The notes below the pieces were generated by a model. The model searched no databases. It was given only the letters and a program-made list of their open reading frames with translations, and was not told where the DNA came from. A program made the position numbers and the translations under genes. Positions 1 through 11,900 of a stretch of DNA of 64,000 nt are shown here, one piece after another. Location: NCBI GenBank assembly GCA_027923505.1, contig BROI01000038.1, positions 124,001-188,000 of the forward strand, in the 5' to 3' direction. The number at the start of each line of letters is the position of its first letter. The first letter of the stretch is position 1. Source of the stretch: Mayamaea pseudoterrestris. Lineage: Eukaryota.

Positions 1-266
1 CCAGAGAGTGTAAATGACCAAGTCATGGGCTTTTGTCGGCCGATACTTAACAATTTGGGATGCACTAATAGTAGCGGCATTAAGGAGACGGAACTATCGA
101 CAACGCCGTTGAATGGAACAAGCAACAATGGACGAAGGCATATATCCGATCTTGTCTAATTCAGCATGGCGCTACGAGGTTCATGACATGGAACAACAAC
201 GTGAAAATAAGCTATAGCATTTACAAGTTTACCATCTATCAGAGCACTTTTATAAGAACCACATGA

Positions 267-3200
267 CTACCTTGGCGGCATTGTATCTGGCTGTGAAAAT
301 GAGAAACCATCCAGTGCCGACGATCTTGGCATCGTCATGGTGCCAGTGCCGACTGGCTGCTGCGCAGCGGCGTCAAATCCATCCGTCTCGGTATCTCCAA
401 GTGCCATATCTCTCCAGACATCCATTCCTGACATGCTAAATGCTCGGCCGTACGATCGCCCGCCGCCATCGCCCCTCATGGCTCCACTGCCGCTGCCTTG
501 AGGTGCGCCTGGGGCGTAAGGTGACGGGTGGGCACCTGTCACTTGACCAAACGTGTTCGTTGACGTGTTTATGTCGCCTGCCCCAAAGCCAGCTTGTACG
601 AGCAAGTTCTCTTGTCGCTGAACAATCTTGCGAAGCTCTGACACTTGCTCAGTCAGTTCCTCGTTGCTGCTTTCCGCGCCGCCATTTTCTTGCGTCCGAC
701 GTGCGTACCGCAAGATATCCGAAACCACCACGTCGGTCGACAAGGCATTGTGATAGAGTAGCCAAGTCTGTATCATGCCGGGCAATTGCATGGCAGCAAG
801 TGCAAATAGCGGAACGAAGATAATGTGCCCGCACACAATGTCATGCACCAAATACAAAGGCTTGACAAACTTGAAACCGTACAAGAGTCCGACGAGACAA
901 ATCGCGCCGATATAATAGTACGCGGCAAGTGCCAAGCGAATGTAATTGGAGTCTTCAATGAAAAGAGTCGCGACGCCAGCGACAATGCCAGAAAATAGTA
1001 AAATCTGAACCGTCCGCCGAATAGGATATGGCACGAAACGCTCTCTCGAGCCAAAGATGCGGCTGATCACCAATAAGGTGAAGATGAAGATAAGAACGTG
1101 GGTAATGCTGACTGTCGACTGGTTAAGTGACATGTCTTTTCTAAACAGGCTTGATCGTCTGATGCCTTCTCCTACCAAAACGTATAGCGCGCACTTAATC
1201 ATGAAGAAGGATTTGGACATGACTGGCATGTTCTTGTAAAAAGCATTCTCCTCGTTCCACCACATCGACCAACTTTTAATGGCACCTCCCGAGGACCCTC
1301 TCATCCATCGCATCCATATATCGTAATCGGAACAGACTGTGTTCCAATCGAACGTGAGTGGGTTAAACCAAAAGGGGCTGCACAGAAAAGACGCAGACGC
1401 AAGCCAAAGCGACCATGATCGCCCCCAGTATTGCTTCGCGTCGGTGTAAACGCCCATGAGTATCAAGCCGCATGCCAGTTCAACGCCAAGGTATAAGTGA
1501 CTCGCCGCGAAAAATCGAAATTGCTCGTCAAAAGGAGCGTGCTGCGTCACAAACCCTCTTCCAGTGGGTCGGTATTTTGCTCCGCCAACGAGAATAGTCT
1601 GAGCCATGTACATTGCTTTCGTCTGGATGTGGAACATGAAATGTAGTGGACCACCAGTGACGAAGACCAGGAAGATTTCGCGAAGGCTCGTCCACCAGCC
1701 TCGCTCAACACCTAGAGTCGCGAAGAGCGGAATTGTCTGCAGCAGTCCCAGACCTCCGAGAAGCATCTGAATTGTACCCATTGGCGTTATCAGTCGATCA
1801 CCAATCTTTTCCAGATCGTAAATTGCCAGCACGGCCATGAGATAGACAACGATGTAGACCGTAAGAACAGTCAATACGTTCGAGAAATAGTGACCAATGC
1901 CACCGTAGTAAAACGAGAGCAGTCGGAAGAAATCGAGGCGGAGACACATCCGATAAACGTCGCGCGATAAACTTTGCTCTGCTGCGCCTTGGCTCAACTT
2001 CGCTTCAAACTTGTAAATCTGACTCATACCCACATCGCGACCTTTGCCAACCTGAACATACTCTTTAAAGGCAACGGATCCTCCACGAACAACATTGTTA
2101 TATCCGGCAAATATATCTTCGGAAAGGTTAATGCCCTTGGAAGCCTTGCTAATGCCACCTCGTGTAATGAAGAAAAGTTTATCGAAAACATCGGGATGGC
2201 CATAATGAAGACGCATATGCAGTGGCCGATAAAGAACGCGTTGGCCCAGCGTAACAAATGACATTTCCTGTAGCGCCATGTAGTTTGACAGTGAGCTGAC
2301 ACTACCAGTGAAAATATGCTCACGTAGACCCAAGATTGTCGTCGGCAGTGGTCCTTCACGTTTTGCGAACTCTTGTAGACAGTTCCGCATCTTCAAGGCC
2401 TCTTCAAAATAAAACTCCTGGTTCATATCGATGGTTTGAACAAACTCGCCGCGCGTAAATATCATTGCATGGTTTTGGTTTTCCGGCTTTCCTTCGCCGA
2501 TGACGGGGTTGCCAGGGAGACGTACACGGTAGATCTCTTGTATTTGTCCTTTCCCGTCACTCTTTACTAAAACAGAGTAGTAAGTTGAAGCCCCTGATCG
2601 GTTCAAACGTATGGTGTCAATATACGCGACGCGCATATGAGGGTATTGGTGCATCAGCAGTTCTATATCATCCGCCTTGGGGTCCTGGTTTCGTCTCATG
2701 TTTCCGTATACTTGGCAAGCCACAACGTAGCCAAACTTCTCGCCCAGCAAATCATTTGTCGTGTCCTCGTCGAGCCGCTCGAGGTTGGCGAGGAGTCGCA
2801 AAGCTTTCTCGTTATACATCATGCCGTGGACTGTACGTGAAAGTGTTTGCGAACGTAGACTTGCCCACCGGCGCGTCTCATCAACGTGTTTCTTTGACCA
2901 AATTTTCTCGTCGTTGTCAATTCCCATTCGTTCGAGAAAATTATTCCAATCTGTTCGATACAATGTTTGCAAATATAGAAGCGTCGACACACCAAGTGCC
3001 GAGGTTCGCCGCTCCAAGTCGCTCTTGCTGTACGTAACATCCTCAGAATAGTACGGTGTCAACACATTCCATGAGAACATGTCATGAATTGAAGGTGCAT
3101 CTGGCATGTCCATGAACAAAGTGTTCACGAAAAACGTTAGACGCCGCCTTACGTCCTTGGACTTTGGTTCGGCATCATCGGGGTGCATGTTGCAAAGACC

Positions 3201-6200
3201 ATTCATCTTTTTAAGCACCGATTTAAATGTTACATTCTTGGAACAATCGTCCAGTTGAGCCGAGGCATACACATCGTTCCAGAAGAATCCGTTTTCCATA
3301 CTTCCAAGGAAAGTCAGACGGTCGAGTACGTCGCGACTCTCCGCGTTACTTTCGCCATTCTTCAGCATGGTTTTCACCGAATGAAAAAAGCTACGGAGTT
3401 TGTCTCGTAATTGATCTCTTAACGCATCAATTATTTCTGTTTCCATCTGTGACGGCTCGTCATCATGGTTCTTTGCGTCTTTGAGCCTGCCATCGGTCTC
3501 TAAGCTGGTAAAAGATCCGGCGCTGACGACCCTGCGCATTCCTGCTTGTGCGGGTGGCTTGTTCTCCGTGGCTTTGCGCTTTTGGCGCGTCTTCGGCTTT
3601 CGCTTTTGTATGCCCTTGTCGAGAATACTGATCGCGGCTTGCAGATATCCCATCGTGTTTCTCACCCTCACCAGCGTCATATGTTCTGACAGCTTGCCAC
3701 TTTCAACCCACTTGTTCACCATTGCAACCATAGCATTTATATCGCTGCTGTGCGGCTTTCCAAGCACTTGGACGAGAAGATACGATCCCAGTTCCCATAC
3801 CTCTGCAACAGCCGTTTGCATCGTAACATGCTCGGCAATGGGCTTAAAGAATGTTTCATCTGTGTACTGGCCAGTGCGCATGTTTGTATACTCCTCAGGC
3901 GGGCGTTCAAGTTCAGCCATGACATCGTCAATGACTCCAGCTGTCTGAAACACCGGAAGGTAAATCGCTTGACTGAACCCGTCAAACTGACTGAATTTCA
4001 AATTGTCTCGCTCTTGATTCGAGATGATGTCCTCCGTTCTAAAATGATCAATGATCTCATTCCAAGCTGCGCTGAACATAACCCACTTCTGAATGCGCAC
4101 GTCCAGCAAACGATTAACATAACTTTGTAGCCGATGCGGATCTGATCCCAGAAGAGCGGCACTCTCCGACAAGTTGTTAGTCGATCCAAGAAAGCTTGCA
4201 GACGATCCGCGACGGCTTCCAGCATCAGGCGACAGCATCTTCTTGCAAAAGTGCTCAGGTGCTTGGCCGAAGTTCATCCGAATGTCGTCAATGGATCGGA
4301 CATCACCCAGATGATCCGAGAATCCGACTGAAGTTCCAGCAAATGCTTGCCATACAGCGTACCAGATACTCATGTCGACAATGTAAACGGTAAATTGCGG
4401 CAGCCACCTCATCGTCAACAAAAGCGACATTTTGGTAAAGCTCTGATCCGGGAAATTTAAATAGTCGTCAACAAGCTGCAGCGTTGGCAAGACCATGGAA
4501 TATACTTCAAAGACGTACGAGAAGAAAAGCTTCCAAACCATGAGTGTAATCCAGAATATGGCGTATACGACAACATGCCCAAAAGACTCCTGAACGTCCT
4601 TGCCCACGTATAGCCTGCTCAGGGGATAAAGGATATTGAGGAAAGACTGCACGTAATCGTTCTGGCTCGTCCATATCCTGTGAGCCCAGCATGGTGCAAT
4701 TTGGAGAAGAGCTTCCACAAAGTAGGGAATCATTACCAGAAGCGAAAGCCACACGTACTGCCACCACCAAAATGTCGAGTCAGCTTCAATTCCTAGATAA
4801 ATGCCCTTCTGCGGCGAGAATGCCCACATGAGGTACAGCGTCTGGTAAACTAGCGTCAAGAATCGAGCAACAACGACAAAAACAGATCCACAAACGTCCG
4901 TTCCCGTGAGCTGGACACCTGGATAACTAGACCATACTTCCAATAAAGCCCAAGTGAGGTGCAGGGCATTGAAGAGCCAAAATACACCGCTCGCGACTTG
5001 CAGCGAGTACACCCATCCCCAGACGAGGGCTCTGGCAAACGCAATTACAGCTAGAGCATAGAATGTCACGACATGCCATTCCAGAATCCGACTGAGCGCC
5101 AACACACTTCGCAACCACGACCGTTTCTCCAAAAACGTTTTCGGCATGGTCGATAGTCCATCAGCCACGGGTGGAAGTACTTCTCCAGGGAGCGGCCCCA
5201 TCAGAGCATTCATACGCTCTGTGTCACCCTTGGCGCCATCGTCATGATATGAATAGCGATAACGTAGGCAGTTTCGTGACCAGAAAAACTCGTTGTAGTC
5301 GTCGTAGTTTCGCATCATATCCTCATCCACATCGGAAGCAAAACTCTGTGTCAATTAGAGCGGCAACGAGTTAGTTACTAATAAATTTTCATTCTGCGCG
5401 ATATGCATTTGTGGGCGATGCTTTACCTTTGCCATCACCGAGTATATGGGAGCAATGACATTGTCTAAAAAGTGTCCAGCATACAAACTCCGAGTCTGAG
5501 TGAATCCCTCACTGCGAATGTACTCCTCCATCATCTTATGATATAAAAACCAAAGACACTCCGGTACATGGCGCAAATTGGATGCTTCGCCCCAAACGCA
5601 AAAGAAGAGCACCAAGTCAACGACGCGGCTGGCAACGGCCGGTGGCGCGTTCATGGAAGTGTTCATTTTAGAAAAGTGCGGAAGAACTCCCATGGCACGA
5701 CACCACTTGACATAGTTTGAAAACACCTTGGCGTGCAGCGCATGAATCGGGCTTGGCGGTTGCACTGACGGCGGCAAAATGTGACTGCTCATGTAACGTC
5801 GATTGTTGCTGAGTAAAATGAGCAGGTGCTCTGCCTGACTCCTAACAGATGAATCCTGAAAGCCGAAAAAGTTGCCAAGATCCTCGCACGCCGAGTATAC
5901 CATGTTGGCATATTCTGCCAGGCGAGGCGGCAAATCCGCTGGATCAAACATGTTGAAAGCATCAGTTTGACCATTTCCAATATCACGATGTGTCGCCGGA
6001 GCCGGAGTGGTTTGCACCCCCGCCGATCCATTGTCATTCGTCATAATTGGCGTGTAGCCCCACTGGAACAGGCCACCGTTTGTATAGCTTCCGTCGCGAT
6101 ACACAATAGCCGCCGCTGTCAAGACTGTCGCTGCCGCCCAGACTAAAGAAAGAAGCATTTCCTGTTGAAATGAAACATTGGCGTAGCTCTCATGCGTGCC

Positions 6201-7005
6201 CGAGTCGCCATGGTATGGATATCCGCGCGTAACATTCATCAAGTGAGGAAGCATTTGCTGCATGACGAGGCAAGATGCCATGGCACCAGCTTCCAAACTT
6301 GTTGCAAGCGTGACAAATACCGATGATTTCCAGCTGAAATGTAAAGCGTGGCAACGGCGATTGAAAGGGAAATATAAAGTGAGACCGTGAGTACTGTAAT
6401 GCGTGCGCACCTCACCACCTCATCCATGAATGCGAATCAAACTTACTAGATTGACGCAAACGTAAAGACCACAATGCAGGCGCCTCCAATGACAGGAAAG
6501 TAATACGGATTGGATATTCCAATGGCGCTGCCAATAAAGAGTGCCAAGGACGCTCCAAAGCAAGCTCCTGGAAAAAGAGCCGGTAGCAAAACGCCAAGTG
6601 ACATGGCCACGCCCGACCCAAGCACTCCCAACAAGCACAAGAATACCATGGCGACTTCGGATCCAACGGGAGCAAAGAGTGGTTCCAGATAAGTGTATAC
6701 GAGAAAGAAGCCGTAGACGGCAGTCAGCAGTCCAGAAAATAGACGACGTTCCCTGCGAAAGAAAAAGTGTAGCGTTTGGTTTAGACTCAAATGTTGCGCT
6801 CTCCCGCTCGCCTCATTCTCTCGAACCTGGACCGAAAGCCGGAAATGCAGTTTTACTCCACTTACTGGCTAGCCGCGCTTGCATATGCAATCAATCCGAC
6901 ACCGGCAAAAAGGCGAAGCAATGGATACGTGAACGGCATGACTGCGTTCAAGATTTTCCATTCCGGCCCGATGGATCCGGATAGAACAAGATCATCATCC
7001 GCCAT
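267..7005 (-). CDS. BGS: 1,3-beta-glucan synthase (GT48, callose/FKS family; probable chrysolaminarin synthase), 4 exons: 7005-6866, 6752-6447, 6333-5427, 5345-267
   Basis: GT48 motifs LTPYYSEDV, RLPGNPVIGEGKPENQNHA, QTIDMNQ, HYGHPDVFD, NLSEDIFAG, GKGRDVG; FKS1 domain motifs FFGFQDSSV, VWGEASNLRHVPECLWFLY, NYDDYNEFFW. GT-AG introns 6865-6753, 6446-6334 and 5426-5346 join the separate ORFs in frame. Confidence 0.95.
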
Positions 7006-7349
7006 GATGTTTCAATAGTCCTGCAAGTCAACTGCAGATTATCTGGATTTCAAAATGCAGCAGAGTGTCGAAATCGATGGAAATGAAATGCCAATGAGCC
7101 AATGGATCTTTTAGAATTTGTCGGTTGGCGAGCAAAGAATCTGCTCTCCGCTTGCGAATTGAAATAAAATTTATCCTCTCGTCGGCTGATTAGTATCTTC
7201 AATGTGCTTCAACGCAGGTTGCTGTAGCAGAAGCAATCGAATTGGCTGCTGCTGTTCGATAAAAAGAGTCTCGTCGATGCTGTGGCTGGAGTTGTCAACT
7301 GCAACCAGCGCGACGACCACCACGAACGTACGCGTCGTAATTCGTCGTA

Positions 7350-7700
7350 GCGGTTATGCCTTGACATTCGATTGCCCGTACGCGTACCGCATAACATGCC
7401 ATGTGCATAGTACACCCAAATCACACCAGAATTGTGTCAACATCATTATTCAGTCTGCGCTTCAAGATGGTATGCCTGGTGGATGTCTCAGTAGACTGCA
7501 ATGTGATTGATGACAACTTGTCACCAGTCTCAGCCCGCAGATACCTTGACATTCAAACACCCCTAAAGGAAGCCATGTATACACCCAAATTGCACCAGAA
7601 TGGTGCCAGCATTATTGTTCAGGCTGCGCTACAAGATAGTATGCCTATTTGGTGTCTCAGTAGACTGCAATGTGATTGGTGACAACTTGTCACCAGTCTC
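7350..7700. repeat. Left inverted-repeat arm: about two 169-bp satellite units in reverse orientation, matching the right end of the array
   Basis: gccttgacattc...cacccaaatcacacca...ctgcaatgtgattgatgacaa here is the reverse complement of 26700-27020, including variants seen only at the array end. Confidence 0.85.
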
Positions 7701-8134
7701 TGTATGTCATGCAGCAGCAGCGGCAGCACCCGCAGAACTTTGGCCATCCTCATCATTTGAACCATTCCCACCTTTCACGTAGCTTTTGGTAAGGTCAATC
7801 AACCACTACAAACTTGGCGGTTGTGCAAACCCCTCAATTTTTGGGTATAGACATGCTAGCTTCCACATAGCTAAGTATTACGTAATAAATGAATAATGTT
7901 GCCACACAACACCACCAGGTCCGATGGGCATCCCCATCAAATACAAACATTGCCACCTTGGGCCAAGATCTCAATGAGGCCAACAAACCCAAACAAACCT
8001 GGCAAGCTCAAGTTATGGAAAAGCTGTGGGAGTAGATGTGCCAAATAGGAAAAAAGAACAGTCGATGAATCTGAACCAGTCAAACTACGGACCTAATTGT
8101 TGTTAGACAAGGTACATATATGGAAAATTTTTTG

Positions 8135-8305
8135 GGGGTAGTCGTTGAAGGCTACACACTGTAGCACCATGGAGCTGGTTATTGTGTGGACCTCTGCCCT
8201 CCCAAATAACTGTTGCTGCAAGTGAGCTGGAAATGATTGTTATGCACCATCCTATAGCATACATGTCCCCAAGCATAGCCAGAACAGAAATCATGGAACA
8301 AGACT
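8135..8305. repeat. Repeat family B (~172 bp unit), left copy
   Basis: gtagtcgttgaagg...gcaccatggagctggtta...atacatgtccccaagcatagccagaacagaaatcatggaacaagact matches the units at 15057-15440. Confidence 0.85.
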
Positions 8306-8306
8306 C

Positions 8307-8628
8307 GATACAGGGTCTTTGGCCACGGTCATGTACAGCTCTTGATGGAGATGGCTACGAATGTCCGCCGCCACTACAGAATAGACAGCACCTCGTCGAA
8401 ACAAGTAGTTCTATATTGTGAGCTTATCGCTACACGCCACCACACTGGAAGATCATCCGATCAATCCGTTACTTTCAATCACATTACATCAGTCGAACTG
8501 GTGTTGCACTACAACGCATCCACACGATGGTTGCGCACTTTCTTCAACTCACATGTCACATACGACAGCTGCGGACTCGACACCAACTATGATGTTCGGG
8601 CTCTTGACTTCGCCGCTCTGGCTTGTAA
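8307..8628 (-). repeat. Degenerate/truncated 3' LTR of the copia element
   Basis: Direct repeat of 14722-15052, sharing blocks such as tgtacagctcttgatggagatggct, gtagttctatattgtgagcttatc, cacatgtcacatacgacagctgcggact and ttcgggctcttgacttcgccgctctg, with many indels between them. Confidence 0.75.
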
Positions 8629-8669
8629 TTCGGGCACCTACGCTGCTCGTCGTAGCCGCATTCTTGTCC

Positions 8670-8990
8670 TTCACGGCATCTGTATCCGCGCCGATACTGG
8701 TTGAGCAATTGTCACCAAATACATTGCCATCCTCTGAGACACCAGCCAAGCTTATCATCTTGTAGCGCAGCCTGACTAATGATGTTGGCACCGTTCTGGT
8801 GTAATTTGGGCATCTACAGGGCCTGCTGCAGGTGTGTCTGAATGTCACGGCATTTGCGGGCTGAGACTGGTGACAAGTTGTCCCCAAATACATTGCCATC
8901 CCCTGAGACACCAGCCAAGCCTACCATCTTGTAGCCCAAACTAATAATATGATGTCATCGGCACCATCCCGGAGCAACTGCCCAACACAC
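8670..8990. repeat. About two 169-bp satellite units between the pol 3' end and the 3' LTR
   Basis: 8710-8935 is near-consensus satellite (caccaaatacattgccatcc...tggtgacaagttgt), and both edges blend into retrotransposon sequence. Confidence 0.85.
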
Positions 8991-11900
8991 AGTGGCCACG
9001 CATTGTGTCGAATGTTGACAATGTCGAACTCGGGATTGTAGATTGCGTAATCACTGCTTGGTTGTCTCCGTACATCCAGGCAGACTTCTCCAATGGTACG
9101 CCCATAGCCATGAGCGACGCACGTAGAGAAATGCTGATATCCGTTCCACTCTTTGCTACGCCGAATTCCGATCCGAAGGTCGCAGTCTCGACTGTAGCCT
9201 GGAGTTTGCAATGCCAGTCGACAGGCGTCTGGTTGACAAATGACAAAACTCCTTCCAATGACTTGCCTGTCACCATGCAATGCATGAGACACGCTATTTC
9301 GAAAGTTGATGTTCGTACAGTCACACCCTTTGGCGGTGGGTAGACGTCCAACATCTCATCAACTCCGTCCTTCCCGTAAACGCTGCGCTCCCAATCTTGT
9401 TCCTCCATGGTGCCGAAGTGCTCCTCGTTGGCTGGCCACTTCGTACGGAAACGGATTGCTGCGTCCGGTAACTCTCGCAAATATCCACAGACTCGCTTCA
9501 CCCGCTGCAGGTGTCCCTTGCGCGGCTCCACACGGAATCGCGACAGACTCACAACTGCAACGGCAATGTCAAATCGTCCCAAAGTAATCGCCCACTGAAG
9601 TGCTCCGACTAGAGACTGGTAAATCTTCTTCTCTTGGTCGTTCAGTAGCTCGCTTTGGTCAAGTTCGGGATGATCGTCTTTGTCGATTGGTGATGAATAC
9701 TTCTTCGGAGGACCTTCAAACAAACGCTCGTACTGCGCCAAGAGTTTCGCAACGTAGGTCTTGGCCGACCAGTAAAGAGTTCCATCAGGGTCTCGTCCAA
9801 AGTCACCGCCGAGATGATACTCGGGATGTCCAACACCTTTGAGCTTAAACTTGTACTTCTCCTCTAGCATCTTGAAGAACGCTGCTGGATCGTCTGAAAT
9901 ATTCAACAGATCGTCGACCCATACACAGAGGTAGTCGTAGCTGTCGCCGGCGTCCTTGATCCACAGATCGGAATCGCAATAGGACGGCTTCCACCCTTCC
10001 GCAAGTAGGGCGTCGGCTAAGCGTTCGTGAAATCGTGCTCCGCTCGTTCGCAATCCGTACAAAGCCTTGACGATGACCAGGATGTGTCCTTCGCGCTCCC
10101 CGAACTCGGGGCCTCCAATGAAGTATACCTTCTCCTTGGTGAACGCTTCGAGATAAGCATTCCCAATGTCACCGACCATGCACTTCTTGCCGTTCGCTTC
10201 TCCAATGACGAGAGCTAGACGCATTGCCTTCAATGAGATAACACTGGAGTAGGCATCGTCGTTGTCTTTCGTCATGTGGCCGCCTGCAACGAGACGTGCC
10301 TTGTATCGCAAATCGTGCTTGACATCGTACACAAAATGGACTCGGATCTTCTGGTAACCAGTTGGTGGTGTTGTGGTGGAACTCGGACCAAGATCTTGAA
10401 ACGTCTCGTACTCGTCCAGGTTCGCAAGCTCCACGCCTTCCGCATCCGTCCACTTCATGTGCCCTGCAGCTTCCTGCAAACGCCGCGCTTCCTTCCAATC
10501 TCGGGGTACTTGGACTCCAAACTTGTAGCGCGGTCCGTTCTTCTGCTGCTCCATTCGGGCGGTCGCCACCTTGCGCGCAACCTTCTTGGCGTTCCGGGCC
10601 CATCGATTCAACGATGCCCATCCGTCCTTGTCGAGAAGATTATGCTTTTGCGCGTAGGCTGCCACTGATACTTTGTCGCTTTCGATCATCGCGTTGAGAG
10701 GCTCCCAAGTCTTGGATCCATCGTCCCATTGTACAAGGACGTTCCACTTGGAGTGCTTCCAGTTCTTCGACTTGCTCGTCAGCGGACCCTGATGGTCTAG
10801 AATCTCCTTGAAGAACCATTTACGCTCAGGATTCGCCATGTCTTGGTTCACTTCGGCCTCGTAGAGATCGGAAACCTCGACATAGGACATGACTTCGTCC
10901 GCTTCGCCGTTACCAAGTTTCAGCATCATTTTAATGTTTTGATGGTTCTGGGCGTCGCGATTGTTCAGCTTGCTCATGACGGTCGCTCGAACTTCTTGCC
11001 CGTCGTCCGTCTTCATGAGAAACGACTTGCCGATAAGTTCATCGGGTGCATACTTCGGGAGTTTGCGCCACGGATTGATGTTCTTCTTCTTCGGCTTGTC
11101 GTCGCCGTCATCGGCAGGATTAGGATCTAGCTCCCCGTCGGTCATATCGTCATCTTCCAGGTATTCCACCGTCTCGACCAAAGGGGTATCGTCTTCGTCA
11201 GGAATGAAAGAATCTTCATCTCTACTGTCGGCGTCGGTAATCTTCTTGATCATTTCCGGCATAAGGATCTCGCCACCTAGACCAGGTACGGTATAGAGAC
11301 GCGGCTCCCCTTCTTTCATGACTGGGGAAGCAGGTGCCGGTACGCGAAGGTTCAAAAATTTTGGGTCATTTCGGGGTAAGCAAACCGATCGCGTCATGAT
11401 CTCGTGGGTCTCGCAATCGCAGATGAAGTACGTCAGGTCGTCTCCGCACGTCGTGTTGGGACCAAGCCAGTACGCCGCGCGCTGGCGGGTACCCGGGGCC
11501 TCGACATCCTTGACAAAGTAGTTGACAATTTCAAACCAACGAAAATGCAAATACTTTGACACGTCGGGGACTTGCCCAGTGATAAACTCGATGGGAGACT
11601 TGCCGTCCAAAGCAGGATGCGACAAATGACGGTACATCTCGGTCTGAAAGAGTAAAGCGCGTAGCCAGAAGCATGCCGGAGTGCCCGTTCGGTCCATAAG
11701 TCGTTCATGACTTTCCTTTACGTGCCCGATGATGCGCTCGGCTGGGTTTTGATTCTGGTAGTACGGCTCCGATGTATGACGACGGCGAATCATGAACTCG
11801 CGCATTACTTCGTCAAACTCGGCACTCATCGCTTCTTTCGCATTATCCGAGAAGACTTCCAACGGAGCTCCAAACTCGCGGATGAAATCACGGAATCGTT

